Source: Eledone cirrhosa (lineage: Eukaryota). Taken from it: a DNA stretch of 64,000 nucleotides. A program made the translations under genes and the position numbers. Where the stretch lies: assembly GCA_964016885.1 (NCBI GenBank), contig OZ024742.1, positions 212,722,001 through 212,786,000 of the forward strand, given 5' to 3'. Below the pieces are notes generated by a model, which made no database searches, was not told where the DNA came from, and saw only the letters and a list, made by a program, of their open reading frames with translations. Below, piece by piece: positions 23,368 through 36,800 of this stretch. Within the stretch, counting starts at the first letter, position 1. Every line of letters starts with the position of its first letter.

Positions 23368-25152
23368 ATATATATATTATCATCATTTAATGTCCGCTTT
23401 CCCTGCTAAGACACACACAAGCTTACACACAGTTTCTACCTATGAAATTCCACTTACAAGGCATTTGTTAACATGAAGCTACACAAGAAGATAATTGCCC
23501 AAAGTGCCATTCAGCGCCATGCAAAGCAAATCTTTTAACTTATATATATCATATTCTTTTTTAACATATATTTTAAAGTACTAAAATCCGGTTAAAAAGA
23601 AAATCTCCTTAGTTCAGGCAAGTCCATGTAGCTACATTTAGCATTTTTTGAGGTATTTTAAAATAAAAATGTGAATCTGAGAGTAAATTTGTATTCATTT
23701 TTTCTTTTACTAGTCTTTGTCATTAGACTGCAGCCATGCTGAGGCACTGGTACAAGTACTTTAGATGATATAGAAACTTCATTTCAATATAATAACCATT
23801 TCATTATTTAAAATAATTGTACAATATAATTACAAAAATAAAGCAGATGTAAATCTTGCAAGTTCTCGTTGAATGATTAAAGGTAAATGTAAGGGTTGTA
23901 GTTAAAAGTGATTTAGAGTAAATATAACTTAATGGTCTATGAGTTTGCCAATTGCTTTAGCTTACTATATTGGGTCACAAAATAAGTAGTTCAGTGATAA
24001 TGATTATGTACTTTCAGACACCTTATGTGATTAAATGAAACAAACTTCTATACAAAGAGCAAGTAAAATTAATGAAATATATAAAACTGACAATTTATAG
24101 AGATAGTGAAAAATAAATTGAAAATATGTCTGTTGTATACAGATGAAACTAATGGTTGAATGTAAAGAAATCCCTGAGAATAAGTATTTAATTAAAATGA
24201 TGTGTTATACAATGATAAAACTTTAGAGTTTAAATTGTAAAACATTTCTAAGATTGTCTCAAAACAAAATGATGATAATATAAATCTGTATATATACATA
24301 TTTTAGAGATGAGAGAAATGATTTATTTCAGAATGTATTAAGTATAATACACTAAATTTTAATTGCGTTGTATACTTGAAAGTTGGAAAGGCACTAAAGC
24401 ATAGTCCTTACCATTAATTAGGTGCTCAATTTGCCATGTTTATTTGAATTATATTTATTTGCCATAAATAGCAAGACTGTTTTGGTTGGATTCATTTCTT
24501 TGGAGTAAACATGTAGCATGATAGCCTATCATTTTACCTGAGAGTTGTTGATGTTATGGCTCACATCTGCATAGGTTTAACTGGCTTCCCATGAGGTTTG
24601 TATCTGATAGGCAGTCTCAGGTGGCCCGGGAGCTGTACAAAAACACTTTGTGAATGTATTATTTTTACCAACCACATTTGTGTTACTGAATTGGCACACT
24701 ATATTTTTGTGGTTGTCAACTTCTTTGCATGCTCAAGAAGTAAATATACATTCCAGATGAAGTCCCAATATATATAAAACACAGGATGAGGTCTAATAGT
24801 GCAAGCTGCCTTTGTAGAGTGTTCTCAGTATTCACTAACAATTAAACAACTATTTTTTTAATGGAGAAGGATAAAAATTGGCTAAACATTTCAAGGAAAT
24901 ATTGAAAAACATGATAGGAATTAAGACTGTTATATCCACTCTTTGTTTATTTCTTCAACAAATAAATAAAAAGTGAATCTAACAAATTTTGTGTGTTATT
25001 AAGTGGCTAAAATTACTCTTACAATGTAACTACTTCAGTTTCAAATAAGTCTTAGATCAAGTCATTTGCCAAACAAGTACAACTATGAAATAATAGAAAC
25101 TGTATTACCAAATGATGCCAACTAGGCTAAACAGCTTTATTTGTTTATAGTC

Positions 25153-25535
25153 CATCATCATCATCGTTTAACATCTATCTTCCATGCTAGCACGAGTTAG
25201 ATGGAAGTTGTTCCGCTTGAGGCAAGATTGGTCGGGTGACCGTGTCAGGACTATCTGGCAGGTTTTCTATGGCTGGATGCCTTTCCTAACACCAACGACA
25301 TTTACAGTGTGGACTGGGAGCTTTTTACCGTGTTACTTACACGGCCACTTTAGTTTGGACTGGATGTTATGTTGTACCAACATAAATTTATAGAGAAAGG
25401 ATGCTGTTGACGGGAGTGGGAGGATGGAGTAGGGGTGGTGCATTGGGGTGTATTTGGTTAAGAGGTGCCTACTGACTGTAGGTTAACTTTGCACGTAAGG
25501 AAGGCGGTTCTTCTGTATTACTGTGTGGCACCAAA
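25153..25535 (-). mobile_element. Diverged RTE family B-like 3' UTR fragment
   Basis: Homology to 21161-21560 and 56191-56600. Confidence 0.75.
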
Positions 25536-26688
25536 AGTATTGTTTTAACCAGCAGTTAATTTAACTTATTGGAGATACATTTTCTATCAGAAATAATGAA
25601 AAAGAATGGCTACATTACGTTCATATTTTTTTTATTTTTTTATCTAAAGAAATGTAAGAATCTATTGCATTGGAAGTGGAAAACTAGCAGTATCTAGAAC
25701 AAAAGGAAATAAATATGATCTGCTTGATATGAGAAATAGTTTAAGCAGGTAAGTTGAGAAGACAGAAATGAGTAACATCAAGTAGGAGGGCCCTGTTGTA
25801 GCATGTATATGTAGTATGAGAAAAGATGAAAAAAATGAAGAGAATAAGTACTGAGGATTTCTTATTGATATTAACCAAGGAAAAGAAAAACATAAAATGT
25901 TTTAAGAGAGCTAGTAATATAACAACATAAGAGAACTCGTAACAAATCTGATCAGAACTGTACACACAGACTACATTAGATAAATAACCTGTAAAAACTG
26001 GATTATTTGTTAAGAAACTATAGTTATAACATTTAGAACAATTTAGAATGAATCAATTAAATAAAGAGAAGTCATATTTATAAATCTATTTAGTTTATAA
26101 TGACATTTAAACCACTGAAGGTAGAAAAAAAACTATTCATAAATGTATTTTATTTTAGGTTGAGTTGTTAAGATTTAAGAATCTCTATTGAAATATCCGG
26201 TAAATAATAAACTTAATTTCATGAACTTGCTTGTTAAACAAATACCACACCTTTCAAGTTTGATAAATTAAAAAAGTGGCACTCCTATTAGTATGTCAAT
26301 ATATTATCTTGATTACATTAGACAAGTTTTATTAATCAAACATTGCCTGGTTCACCACCACACCCAGTTATGTGGTGACTTTAACTGAGTTCACTGGATT
26401 GAAGGAATTGAAACTACACCCTATTCCCACCTGGCCACATTTCCCCTGCAGATATTCACACTGAACAGTAGCTGTATTGATTCCACCAGTCTGGAAGGGG
26501 ATTCAAAGACACACACACACCACCATTTAATGACCACTTTCCCTGCTAGCAAGGATTGGATGGGTCTTCACTGACTAAGTCCGTATTTAGAACCACTGAC
26601 CTTTCAGGCGGGATGGGAGCCTACATCTTGCTTACATACATTCCTACTCTACCGAATGCACCAAGTGCATTTAACATGAAGGTCACTA

Positions 26689-27843
26689 ATCATCATCATC
26701 ATCATCATCAGGTTTAGCGTCCGTGTTCCACGCTTGCATGGGTTTGGACGGGGGTTTTCCCACTTGAGGCAAGAGTGGTTGTCTTGCTCGCATAGGACTG
26801 TCTGGCGGGTTTTCTACAGTTGGATGCCCTTCCTAACACCAACCACATTTACAGTGTGGGGCTGGGAGGTTTTTACCGTGTTGCCTACACGGCCACATTA
26901 CAGCGTGGACTGTCTGGCGGGTTTTCTACAGCTGGATGCCCTTCCTAACACCAACCACATTTACAGTGTGGGGCTGGGAGGTTTTTACCGTGTTGCCTAC
27001 ACGGCCACATTTACAGCGTGGACTGTGTGTTTTTTGTCGTGACACCTACACGATCTCATTTGTTTCGGCCTGGATGTTGTGGGACCAACATAACTTTACA
27101 TTGAAAGGGGCGGTGTGGGTGGGGTGGAGGTGGTGGGACGGGGGTGTGTTTTGATAGAGATGCCTACTGGCTGTAGTAGGTTTTTACTTTGTATTTAGGT
27201 AAGGCGGGTCTTCTCTATTACTGAGTACCGCCAAAGGTCTCGGTCCAGTGACATTGTCTTGGAGAGGTGTAAGCGTGTGAGGTCGGAATTTATCAGCTCG
27301 TCCCATGTTTTTCTGGGTCTGCCTACTCCGTGGCTACCGTCTATCTTTATTGCCCTGCACTTTGTTATACAGCTGTCGTCTTTCATGCGCATCACGTGAC
27401 CGTACCAACGTAGCCTTCTCTCGAGTAAACAACATCTGATCCCTCTTATTTCTAATTTTTTCCTTAGTTCGTTTATGCTTTGCCGTTCACGTATATTACT
27501 ATTGCACATCCAGCGGAGCATGCAAGCTTCGTTCCTCTCTAGTCTGCGTATATCCTCTGCACACAATGCCCAGGTCTCACTGCCATGCAGCATTGCTGTT
27601 CGTATGCAGGCATCGTATAACCTGCCTTTCATTTTTAGGGAGAACCCTCTAGCGGCTAATAGTGGTATAAGCTCTCTGAACTTTTTCCATCCAGTTCTGA
27701 CTCTAGCTACTGTACTTTCAGAGCACCCTCCCCCACTGCTGATTTTGTCACCCAGGTAACGGAAGCTGTCCACTATTTCTATAGAACCCTCTGCGCAGTT
27801 GAAGGAGCTAGTATTTTGTGGGCACTTGCTGCTACTTATTGCA
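26689..27843 (-). mobile_element. RTE family B, 5'-truncated, with two 112-bp UTR units
   Basis: ORF 27195-27773 ending IEKTRLT; UTR unit duplicated ~26795-27024; (gat)n tail. Confidence 0.93.
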
Positions 27844-27929
27844 GGGTCCTCTCAATCCCTTTGGGTATGGTTTCTATGGCTGAAATCCCTTCCTTACACC
27901 AGCCACTTTTTATATATATATATATATAA

Positions 27930-28780
27930 TTACATCCACTTTTCATTAGAAATGGAAGTGGATGTGCTAAAGGGGTTGAAACTAGAGTTAAAGGTAGATG
28001 TGTTTGAACTGCAATGCTGCATGGTAGTGAGATGTAGGTCTCGATTGGAGAAGATTTGGTTAAAAAGAAATTAAGCAAGCATGCTTTGCTGGAAGTGCAA
28101 TGTCAGTGTGCATGAACAACAGAACATAAGTAAACTAAGAAAACATTGAGTATTAGAGAAATTGAATGTAGTGTGTAAGAGACTTTGCTGGTATGGGTAT
28201 GTGATATATAAAGAGAACAAAAACTGTATAAAAAAAGTGACAAGCACTTAAACTGAATGGAATCTGTGGAGAAATGAGACCAAGGAAGACATGGATGGGA
28301 CAAAGTTGCGAGGAACAATGTCCCAAAACTGAACCTCATGAAAAAAATGATGCAGGACCAAGCTGATTGGTGAAAAACCATAATACAAAAGACTTGTCTA
28401 CCAATACAAGCACTGTGACACTAAACGTAAATGTGGTGAGAGACCAGAGGCAACAGTGAGCGATGATTGAATAAAAATAATATAGGGTTTTAGAAGAATC
28501 TTCAGTCTGGACAATCATGTGACAACCTCTTTAGTGCTGGTACCATGATAAAACATACCTAGTCCACCCTGTAAAGTGGTAATGCTAGTCCTATGATAAA
28601 AGTACCTAATACACACAGTAAGGTAGTGGTGTTAGGAAGGGCCTCCAGCTGTAGAAATCATGCTAAATAAGGGACATACGAGCAAAATGTGGTCACCAGA
28701 CCAGTTTAGCCTCAGAATGTGACAACCTGTCCAAACCATGTCAGCATGAAAAATGAACATAAAAATGATGATGATGATGC
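27930..28780 (+). mobile_element. Old degenerate RTE 3' end plus UTR
   Basis: Residual LKLKGRCV*TAMLHGSE, WYGYV, RPRKT; ggaagggcctccagctgtagaaa; (gat)n tail. Confidence 0.7.
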
Positions 28781-28988
28781 ACACATAACAACTATGAGGT
28801 TTGACACAACTGCTTCAACAGCTTGGCAATGTTTGATTAGAGGATATTTATGACAACTTGACACCTTTTAAAAAAAGTAGCAACTACATTAATGAGAAGG
28901 AAGGCACTCAGGCTTGAAATTGATAGCTTTCATCTAATTTTGATCTTTTTTTTTTTGCCAATGATCTAAATATTTTCTATGAAAATAA

Positions 28989-31690
28989 TTAATCGACCAG
29001 GTCATGAAGGTCACGGAAAAAGTAATAGCGCAACTAATCAGAGAGAGAATTGACCTTGATGAAATGCAGTTCGGGTTTGTGTCAGGCAAAAGTACCACAG
29101 ACGCTCTTTTCATTGTACGACAACTACAGGAGAAGTACCTAGCTAAAAGTAAACCCCTATACTTAGCTTTTGTTGACTTGGAGAAAGCCTTTGACAGAGT
29201 ACCCCACTCGATTATCTGGTGGGCCCTTAGAAAACTAGGTGTTGACGAATGGCTTGTGAGAGCTATACAAGCCATGTATAAAGAAACAGTCAGCAAGGTT
29301 AGAATTAACAATGAATATAGTGAAGAGTTTAGCGTAAAAGTTGGCGTCCATCAGGGCTCTGTTCTCAGCCCCCTACTATTTATTATTGCCCTTCAGGCTA
29401 TAACAGAGGAGTTCAAGACCGGCTGCCCATGGGAACTCCTATACGCAGATGACCTAACACTCATAGCTGAATCAATGGCCGAGCTAGAGAAGAAATTCCA
29501 AATATGGAAGCACGGCCTAGAATCAAAAGGCCTTAAAATTAACCTGGCTAAGACCAAAGTTTTAGTTTGTAGGAAAGAAAATAAGGCGGCGGTCCCTTCC
29601 GGGAAGTGGCCATGCTCAGTGTGTAGGAAAGGCGTAGGTAGAAACTCCATTTTGTGTCCGAAATGCAAAGTATGGGTGCATAAAAGATGTAGTGGGATCA
29701 CAGGTAGGCCAACTAAGAACATAGATTTCACATGTGGCCGGTGCTCTGGTGCAATAAGTAGCAGCAAGTGCCCACAAAATACTAGCTCTTTCAACTGCGC
29801 AGAGGGCTCTATAGAAATAGTGGACAGCTTCCGTTACCTGGGTGACAAAATCAGCAGTGGGGGAGGGTGCTCTGAAAGTACAGTAGCTAGAGTCAGAACT
29901 GGATGAAAAAAGTTCAGAGAGCTTATACCACTATTAGCCGCTAAAGGGTTCTCCCTAAAAATGAAAGGCAGGTTGTATGATGCCTGCATACGAACAGCAA
30001 TGTTGCATGGCAGTGAGACCTGGGCATTGTGTGCAGAGGATATACGCAGACTAGAGAGGAACGAAGCTTGCATGCTCCGCTGGATGTGTAATAGTAATAT
30101 ACGTGAACGGCAAAGCATAAACGAACTAAGGAAAAAATTAGAAATAAGAGGGATCAGATGTTGTTTACTCGAGAGAAGGCTACGTTGGTATGGACACGTG
30201 ATGCGCATGAAAGACGATAGCTGTATAACAAAGTGCAGGGCAATAAAGATAGACGGTAGCCACGGAGTAGGCAGACCTAGAAAAACCTGGGACGAGCTGA
30301 TAAATTCCGACCTCACACACTTACACCTCTCCAAGACAATGTCACTGGACCGAGACCTTTGGCGGTACTCAGTAATAGAGAAGACCCGCCTTACCTAAAT
30401 ACATAGTAAAACCTACTACAGTCAGTAGGCATCTCTAACAAAATACACCCCCATCCCACCACCCCCACACCATCCACACCGCCCCCTTCTATGTAAAGTT
30501 ATGTTGGTGCCACACCATCCAGGCCGAAACAAATGAGATCATGTAGGTGTCACGACAAAAAAAACACAGTCCACGCTGTAATGTGGCCGTGTAGGCAACA
30601 CGGTAAAAACCTCCCAGCCCCACACTGTAAATGTGGTTGGTGTTAGGAAGGGCATCCAGCTGTAGAAAACCCGCCAGACAGTCCACGCTGTAATGTGGCC
30701 GTGTAGGCAACACGGTAAAAACCTCCCAGCCCCACACTGTAAATGTGGTTGGTGTTAGGAAGGGCATCCAGCTGTAGAAAACCCGCCAGACAGTCCACGC
30801 TGTAATGTGGCCGTGTAGGCAACACGGTAAAAACCTCCCAGCCCCACACTGTAAATGTGGTTGGTGTTAGGAAGGGCATCCAGCTGTAGAAAACCCGCCA
30901 GACAGTCCACGCTGTAATGTGGCCGTGTAGGCAACACGGTAAAAACCTCCCAGCCCCACACTGTAAATGTGGTTGGTGTTAGGAAGGGCATCCAGCTGTA
31001 GAAAACCCGCCAGACAGTCCACGCTGTAATGTGGCCGTGTAGGCAACACGGTAAAAACCTCCCAGCCCCACACTGTAAATGTGGTTGGTGTTAGGAAGGG
31101 CATCCAGCTGTAGAAAACCCGCCAGACAGTCCACGCTGTAATGTGGCCGTGTAGGCAACACAGTAAAAACCTCCCAGCCCCACACTGTAAATGTGGTTGG
31201 TGTTAGGAAGGGCATCCAGCTGTAGAAAACCCGCCAGACAGTCCACGCTGTAATGTGGCCGTGTAGGCAACACGGTAAAAACCTCCCAGCCCCACACTGT
31301 AAATGTGGTTGGTGTTAGGAAGGGCATCCAGCTGTAGAAAACCCGCCAGACAGTCCACGCTGTAATGTGGCCGTGTAGGCAACACGGTAAAAACCTCCCA
31401 GCCCCACACTGTAAATGTGGTTGGTGTTAGGAAGGGCATCCAGCTGTAGAAAACCCGCCAGACAGTCCACGCTGTAATGTGGCCGTGTAGGCAACACGGT
31501 AAAAACCTCCCAGACCCACACTGTAAATGTGGTTGGTGTTAGGAAGGGCATCCAGCTGTAGAAAACCCGCCAGACAGTCCTATGCGAACAAGACAATCAC
31601 TCTTGCCTCAAGTGGGAAAACCCCCGTCCAAACCCATGCAAGCGTGGAACACGGACGTTAAACGTTGATGATGATGATGATGATGATGAT
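28989..31690 (+). mobile_element. RTE family B, 5'-truncated, RT+PHD ORF with one premature stop; 3' UTR with 9 tandem units
   Basis: ORF 29004-30398 in one frame broken by TGA (W to stop) at 29904-29906; (gat)n tail ~31667-31690. Confidence 0.95.
30567..31574 (+). repeat. Tandem array of 9 x 112 bp
   Basis: Units start at 30567, 30679, 30791, 30903, 31015, 31127, 31239, 31351, 31463; only two substitutions seen (~31162, ~31514). Confidence 0.97.
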
Positions 31691-32903
31691 TCTTAATAAC
31701 CAATACTTGCTAAACACCAAACAAAAGGTTGGAAATATTACTTCAGTTGTGTCAAAGGTATATCCTCCCTCATGCTAGTGTCATGATAAAATGTACCTGA
31801 TGTACTATGTAGCATGTGGAAACATATGTGAGTGCTCCCTCCTCCCGAGGTCAGTAGCACAGACCTGTCCAACTTTTGCTAGCAGGAAGAGCAGATGTTG
31901 AATAATGATGATGATGTATAGTTTTAAAAAAAATAATTAAGTTGACTTCTCAATATAATGTGTTTATAGTTCACCAGTTATATTAGCTGATACTGAACAT
32001 ATGTCAGCAGTAAACAACAAACATCAGTAAACAACAAACATTGAGGAAACTTCTGTTTCACAAACATATTCTATTCTCATCATTAGCTCAGGGAAGATAT
32101 AATGTGAAGTATATTAATAATATTAATTAACTGCAAGATTACTTGTTTCACAAAAGCATTCTAATACTGAACTTCAATATCTTCCCCACAAATATGAATA
32201 TCAAGAACAATCTATATGAAATGTTAGTTAAGATAATTAATATATATATACACACTACATTGCAGGGATTGGAACTAGACAACTAATTTCCTATCTGATG
32301 AACATAACCTTTATCCTATGACAATCACAAATAATTAATATTTGAACATTGTCTCCATAACTAGATGGCCTACAAAGTCATTAATATTAAATTATTGATT
32401 ATACAAATAAAGCTTTTACAATAGTTATGATCATTTTATTATAACTTATTCCACTTTTTACATCTAATGGAGATTTTTCTAAGATATTTCCAGTTATTTA
32501 TTGTAAAAGTTAGTGATAAGGTCTGTTAATATGATGACATACTCACCTTTTCTTTAAGTTGCAGGTGTCATTTTGATTAATTAGAAAAATCAAAATGTAA
32601 AGGAAAGGTTACAGAGATAGAGAAAGTTCAAAGAAAAGTGTCCCTTTTAGCCACATTGCATTTCATGCATTAACAGTGCTATTTGGTTAAATAATCAGAT
32701 CATACATATTGATGGCATGGACAGCAAAAGAAATTAGAAACCTTTTAAGGTGAGAATAGCTAAGCTGAATATACATTATCACATTTCTATTCCTTGAAAA
32801 TGTTGGATTATTTCCATAATTAGTGTTTCACTGGAGAAAGTACCTTTATAATAACTGCATTTCATCTGAACAACAGCAGTTGTTGGAGGCATGAAAGTAT
32901 TAA

Positions 32904-33145
32904 CCCTTTTGTTACAATATTTCAAATAAAAAACACTACTTATGGTTCTCAAATAATTAAGAATTTGGAGAGATTTAGTAATGTAATTAACTTCCTCATT
33001 ATTAAGCTGGTATTTGGGGTGTAACTTAAATGTTCCTACACAAAATTATGACGGAAGGTTTTTACATAAATATTAAACACTCTAAAATAAACTACTTTGT
33101 ATCATAGAACCAGGTGTGGTGTCAGGTAATTTGATATCAAAATAG
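32904..33145 (+). mobile_element. piggyBac-type MITE family 2
   Basis: TTAA flanks at 32900-32903 and 33146-33149; cccttttgtta left end; inverted homolog at 43339-43575. Confidence 0.6.
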
Positions 33146-33282
33146 TTAAATTCAACTCATATAACATAAACCAAATGTTATTAAACAGAAGACATTTAAG
33201 TAATATTCTGATTAAAAAGAATTTTTTTTTTAAAATTAAAAAGAAATATGACAAAAATTTCGATGGAAAGCTTAGTTATTAC

Positions 33283-33434
33283 ACTCCGTCCAGCATAGTT
33301 ACATCCCTTTACGGTCTGAGTTCAAATCCCGCCGAGGTTTACTTTGCCTTTCATCCTTACGGGGTCGATAAAATAAAGTACCAGTAATGCACTGGGTAAT
33401 TGCTGGCCTTGTGCCTAAAGTAGAAACAATTATT
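33283..33434 (+). mobile_element. tRNA-derived SINE (family of 5501), 5'-truncated
   Basis: Homology to 5501-5694. Confidence 0.8.
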
Positions 33435-33716
33435 GTCTTATGTTGACATCAAACTGGAATATCCTTCCTATTATGAAATCCTACTCTTCTCACACCAGTA
33501 TTTAATCCCACAATCTATGAAGATGTAAGATGACCTGAACCCTTTTCTTCTCAACTCATGATAAAAACAAGACTATCTCACAAGAGTCAAAAGCATTGGT
33601 ATGCATTTTAATGCTAAGTAGACTGAAGTAAAATAGGATAATATGCTTGTTACTGGCTTTGAATCTAAGATGAATGAGCCACTATGCTGCCATGTTCATC
33701 ACTAACCAACCCTTAA

Positions 33717-33885
33717 CCTATTTACATTACTCTATATTTACTATTGTATTTTCGCGGTAAAGGCTTTATCTCACATAACATTAAGTCTACGAGATTTTGA
33801 TATTATTTATTTTGAGAACAGTACCTTAATGTCAGTATGAGCAACCAGTTATGGCTGGTTTGAACAGAAAGAGGTGAAATAACTC
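33717..33885 (+). mobile_element. piggyBac-type MITE family 1, diverged/partial
   Basis: Homology to 15327-15510. Confidence 0.65.
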
Positions 33886-36800
33886 TGGTGCAGTCTTGGT
33901 TACCCATTCTGTATGTGTACATACATATGTATATATACATACATATGTATATATACATATGTATATATATACATACACACACACATCATCATCATCATCA
34001 CCTCCCAAAAGCAACAGATTATGTACTAGTGTCATGTGTGAAGAATACTGAAAATTATTGTTTAGTAATCTAATTAGTTTCTCATTCGAACTCCTCAGAA
34101 GAACTGGAACTGGTTTTCAGTAAGGTACTTTGCATATGTTTTGAGGAGCTTTTGATATAATTACTAACTGAATTAGATTAATTGTAGCACTTGTTTGAGT
34201 ATGTGTGTATGTATCTGTAGAGAATGCAGAAATGTATGTAAGTGAGATGACACCCCAACCCATCTGAAAGGTCAGTAGCTCTGATTTAAGTATTAAGTTG
34301 GTCTGTGACAAACTATCCAACCCTTGCTAACAGGGAGAACAGATGTTAAATTATGATGATGATGAACCCACACACATATATACATACACACATATACATA
34401 CATATAAATACACACATATGCATATACACACACACTTGCAGCATTCATTGTTGTAAGCTGTATCAGCTGCAGTTGCTTGGGTATATGGCTATTTTCCTAA
34501 TATAAAGCACAGTTGGCTTATACATGTACATAAATTATATGATGTGAGATGCTGTACAGCCATTTTACTAATTAAAATATTTTGACATGAAAAAAGAGAG
34601 CACTCTTCAATGTACTGGCAGGTGTCCAGTCAACCTACATGATCCAATGTCTCCTCTCCCTCTCCCATTGTGGGATGATTCTCTTTTCCCCTCAGCAAGC
34701 AACATGTAAATTGCCATTCCACCCCACTCTCATCTTATATCCCCACCTCACCACTGCTTTTTGAAGCTTGGCTGAGGACACAACAAGTGACCTAGTGTTG
34801 TAAAATGGTAGTACTGGTGCCATGATATAAAAGAAACAAACACCTTGTACACCCTGTGAAGTGGTTGGCATTAGGAAAGGCATTCAACCATACCAAAATT
34901 TAACTTTATGAGCAACAATCAGAACCTGTCAAGAATCAGAACATGACAACCTGTATGGAAAATAGATGTAAATCAGTGATGATGATGATGATGGTCTCTG
35001 AATTAGTTTTGTCACTAACCCGGAAGTCTTATAGTTGTTAATAGAAGTAATAGAATGACAGAAATTGTAAAATTTGATATAAAAAAATATATTCTGTCAT
35101 TACACCTGAGCCATGCTAAATTTACTATATCAGGATGAATTTAATCTTCTGGAGATGCAAGCAAAGTTAGGCAACCAGATTATCCTTCCAAAATTTTGCT
35201 TGAAATGAAATGTTATTTATACCTAACACTCTCAAAAACATCTACCTTGCTAAGTGCTTTAGTTTGAATAGTTATAAAAGCTCCCTTACATACATAATTT
35301 CATGATTAAGAAGTTTCTGCAACATATCCATACACTACTTCATCAATGTATTATCTTTAAGATTTTAGAGTTAAAATTTTAACCAGATTTGCTTCTTACC
35401 ACTTCACAGCTACACTTATCCAATGTAGTTAACCAATGCTATCACAATGAAATCACCCATGATAAGAAGTATCTCAAACATATTCTGTTAAATCAAAATT
35501 AACACTGTCTTACCAATTCTTATTACTACAATCAATTTGACAACAGAATAAGCCACACTGAATCTACTACTAATATCAGATACACACTATTGTTGCTATT
35601 TAACCACTTGTCATAAACCTGATTAGATATGTTTTTTCAAAAGCATTACAATTGCTAAGCCCCAAATTCATCTTAACCCAACAACATAAGTTTAAACTGA
35701 ATACAGGAACAAATGTCTGTAGAACCCTCTACCTCTCAAAATGAATATCAGCTCTAAAACCAACTTCTGTCTGAATTAGAGTATCTAATACCCAGATCAT
35801 CCACTTAGTTTTCTTCAATCTTGAACTAAATGCTAAACTCTCTAGATATAAATACTCCATTTTCAAGATCTTATGGAAACATCTAGCACTGTCCCTAAAC
35901 TTCTCTTGATCTCAATTCCCCACCTTATAAAACCTAAGATTGCAGGATCGCATATATCTACTTTCAGACAAAGGAAAAGTATTGTGCATCACTGATAAAA
36001 ACATGCAAAACTAGCTAGCAATCTAACATCTAAGCAACTGTATGCTATATGGAAAGGTTACCAACATCACATCTAGCCAGCTGGAAAATATCATAATACC
36101 AGTTGCACATAAATTTGTAACCAGAGAGGATTCTTAAAGTTAAATGAAGTTTTATCACTAGCAACAGCAGACCTCTCATTTTCTACTACCTAATTAAGAC
36201 ACACACAGATTTAAATTAGATCTATTGATTAATTCAAATTTAAATAGAAGAAACCTTGTTTTATATGTCCAAAATCCTTAGGCACTCTATACCTATCCAA
36301 TTCACACTGATAGCTCCAAAATTGTGATTTGTTGACTAAAAGATTTTGACTCCATTGCATTTAAATATAAAATGTCCTTTTAGATGTCCTTTCCTGTTAC
36401 ACTACTACACAGCTTTCTCAGCTGTCAATTTAATTACATATTGCATCATTTCTTAAACCTCTACTACTTTGGCCTCCTCCTCAAACATTCAACAAATTCC
36501 GACTATTATCGGTGAAAAACACCAAATTCCATTTTGGTGACTGCACATATAAATATGTGACTACATAAGGGTTAATCTATCAGGTTTAATCACCATTACA
36601 TATATGGAGCTGCTAGATTGCAATGTGCTTAACACCTCTTAATCCTGCACTTTCTTCTCCAGATGTATATATGATATACTCATGCTGACATCACTTGATG
36701 AGACAATTAGCATATGTTACTTATTCAACAATGTCAACAACTACATAAACTTTGAAATGGAGCATCCTGATGTCATCAGAGCTCTCCTATCCAAGCTCAA

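Noticed and set aside
30567-30678. Ribozyme in the 112-bp unit
   Set aside because: No CUGANGA/GAAA core on either strand and no HDV-like fold evident by eye
30567-31574. CRISPR-like array or repeated small ORFs (MPFLTPTTFTVW...)
   Set aside because: Units are identical with no unique spacers, no cas genes, eukaryotic context; ORFs are by-products of a LINE UTR repeat
32540-32580. Strong minus-strand donor AAG|GTGAGT as another calcineurin exon
   Set aside because: Upstream sequence has no calcineurin similarity
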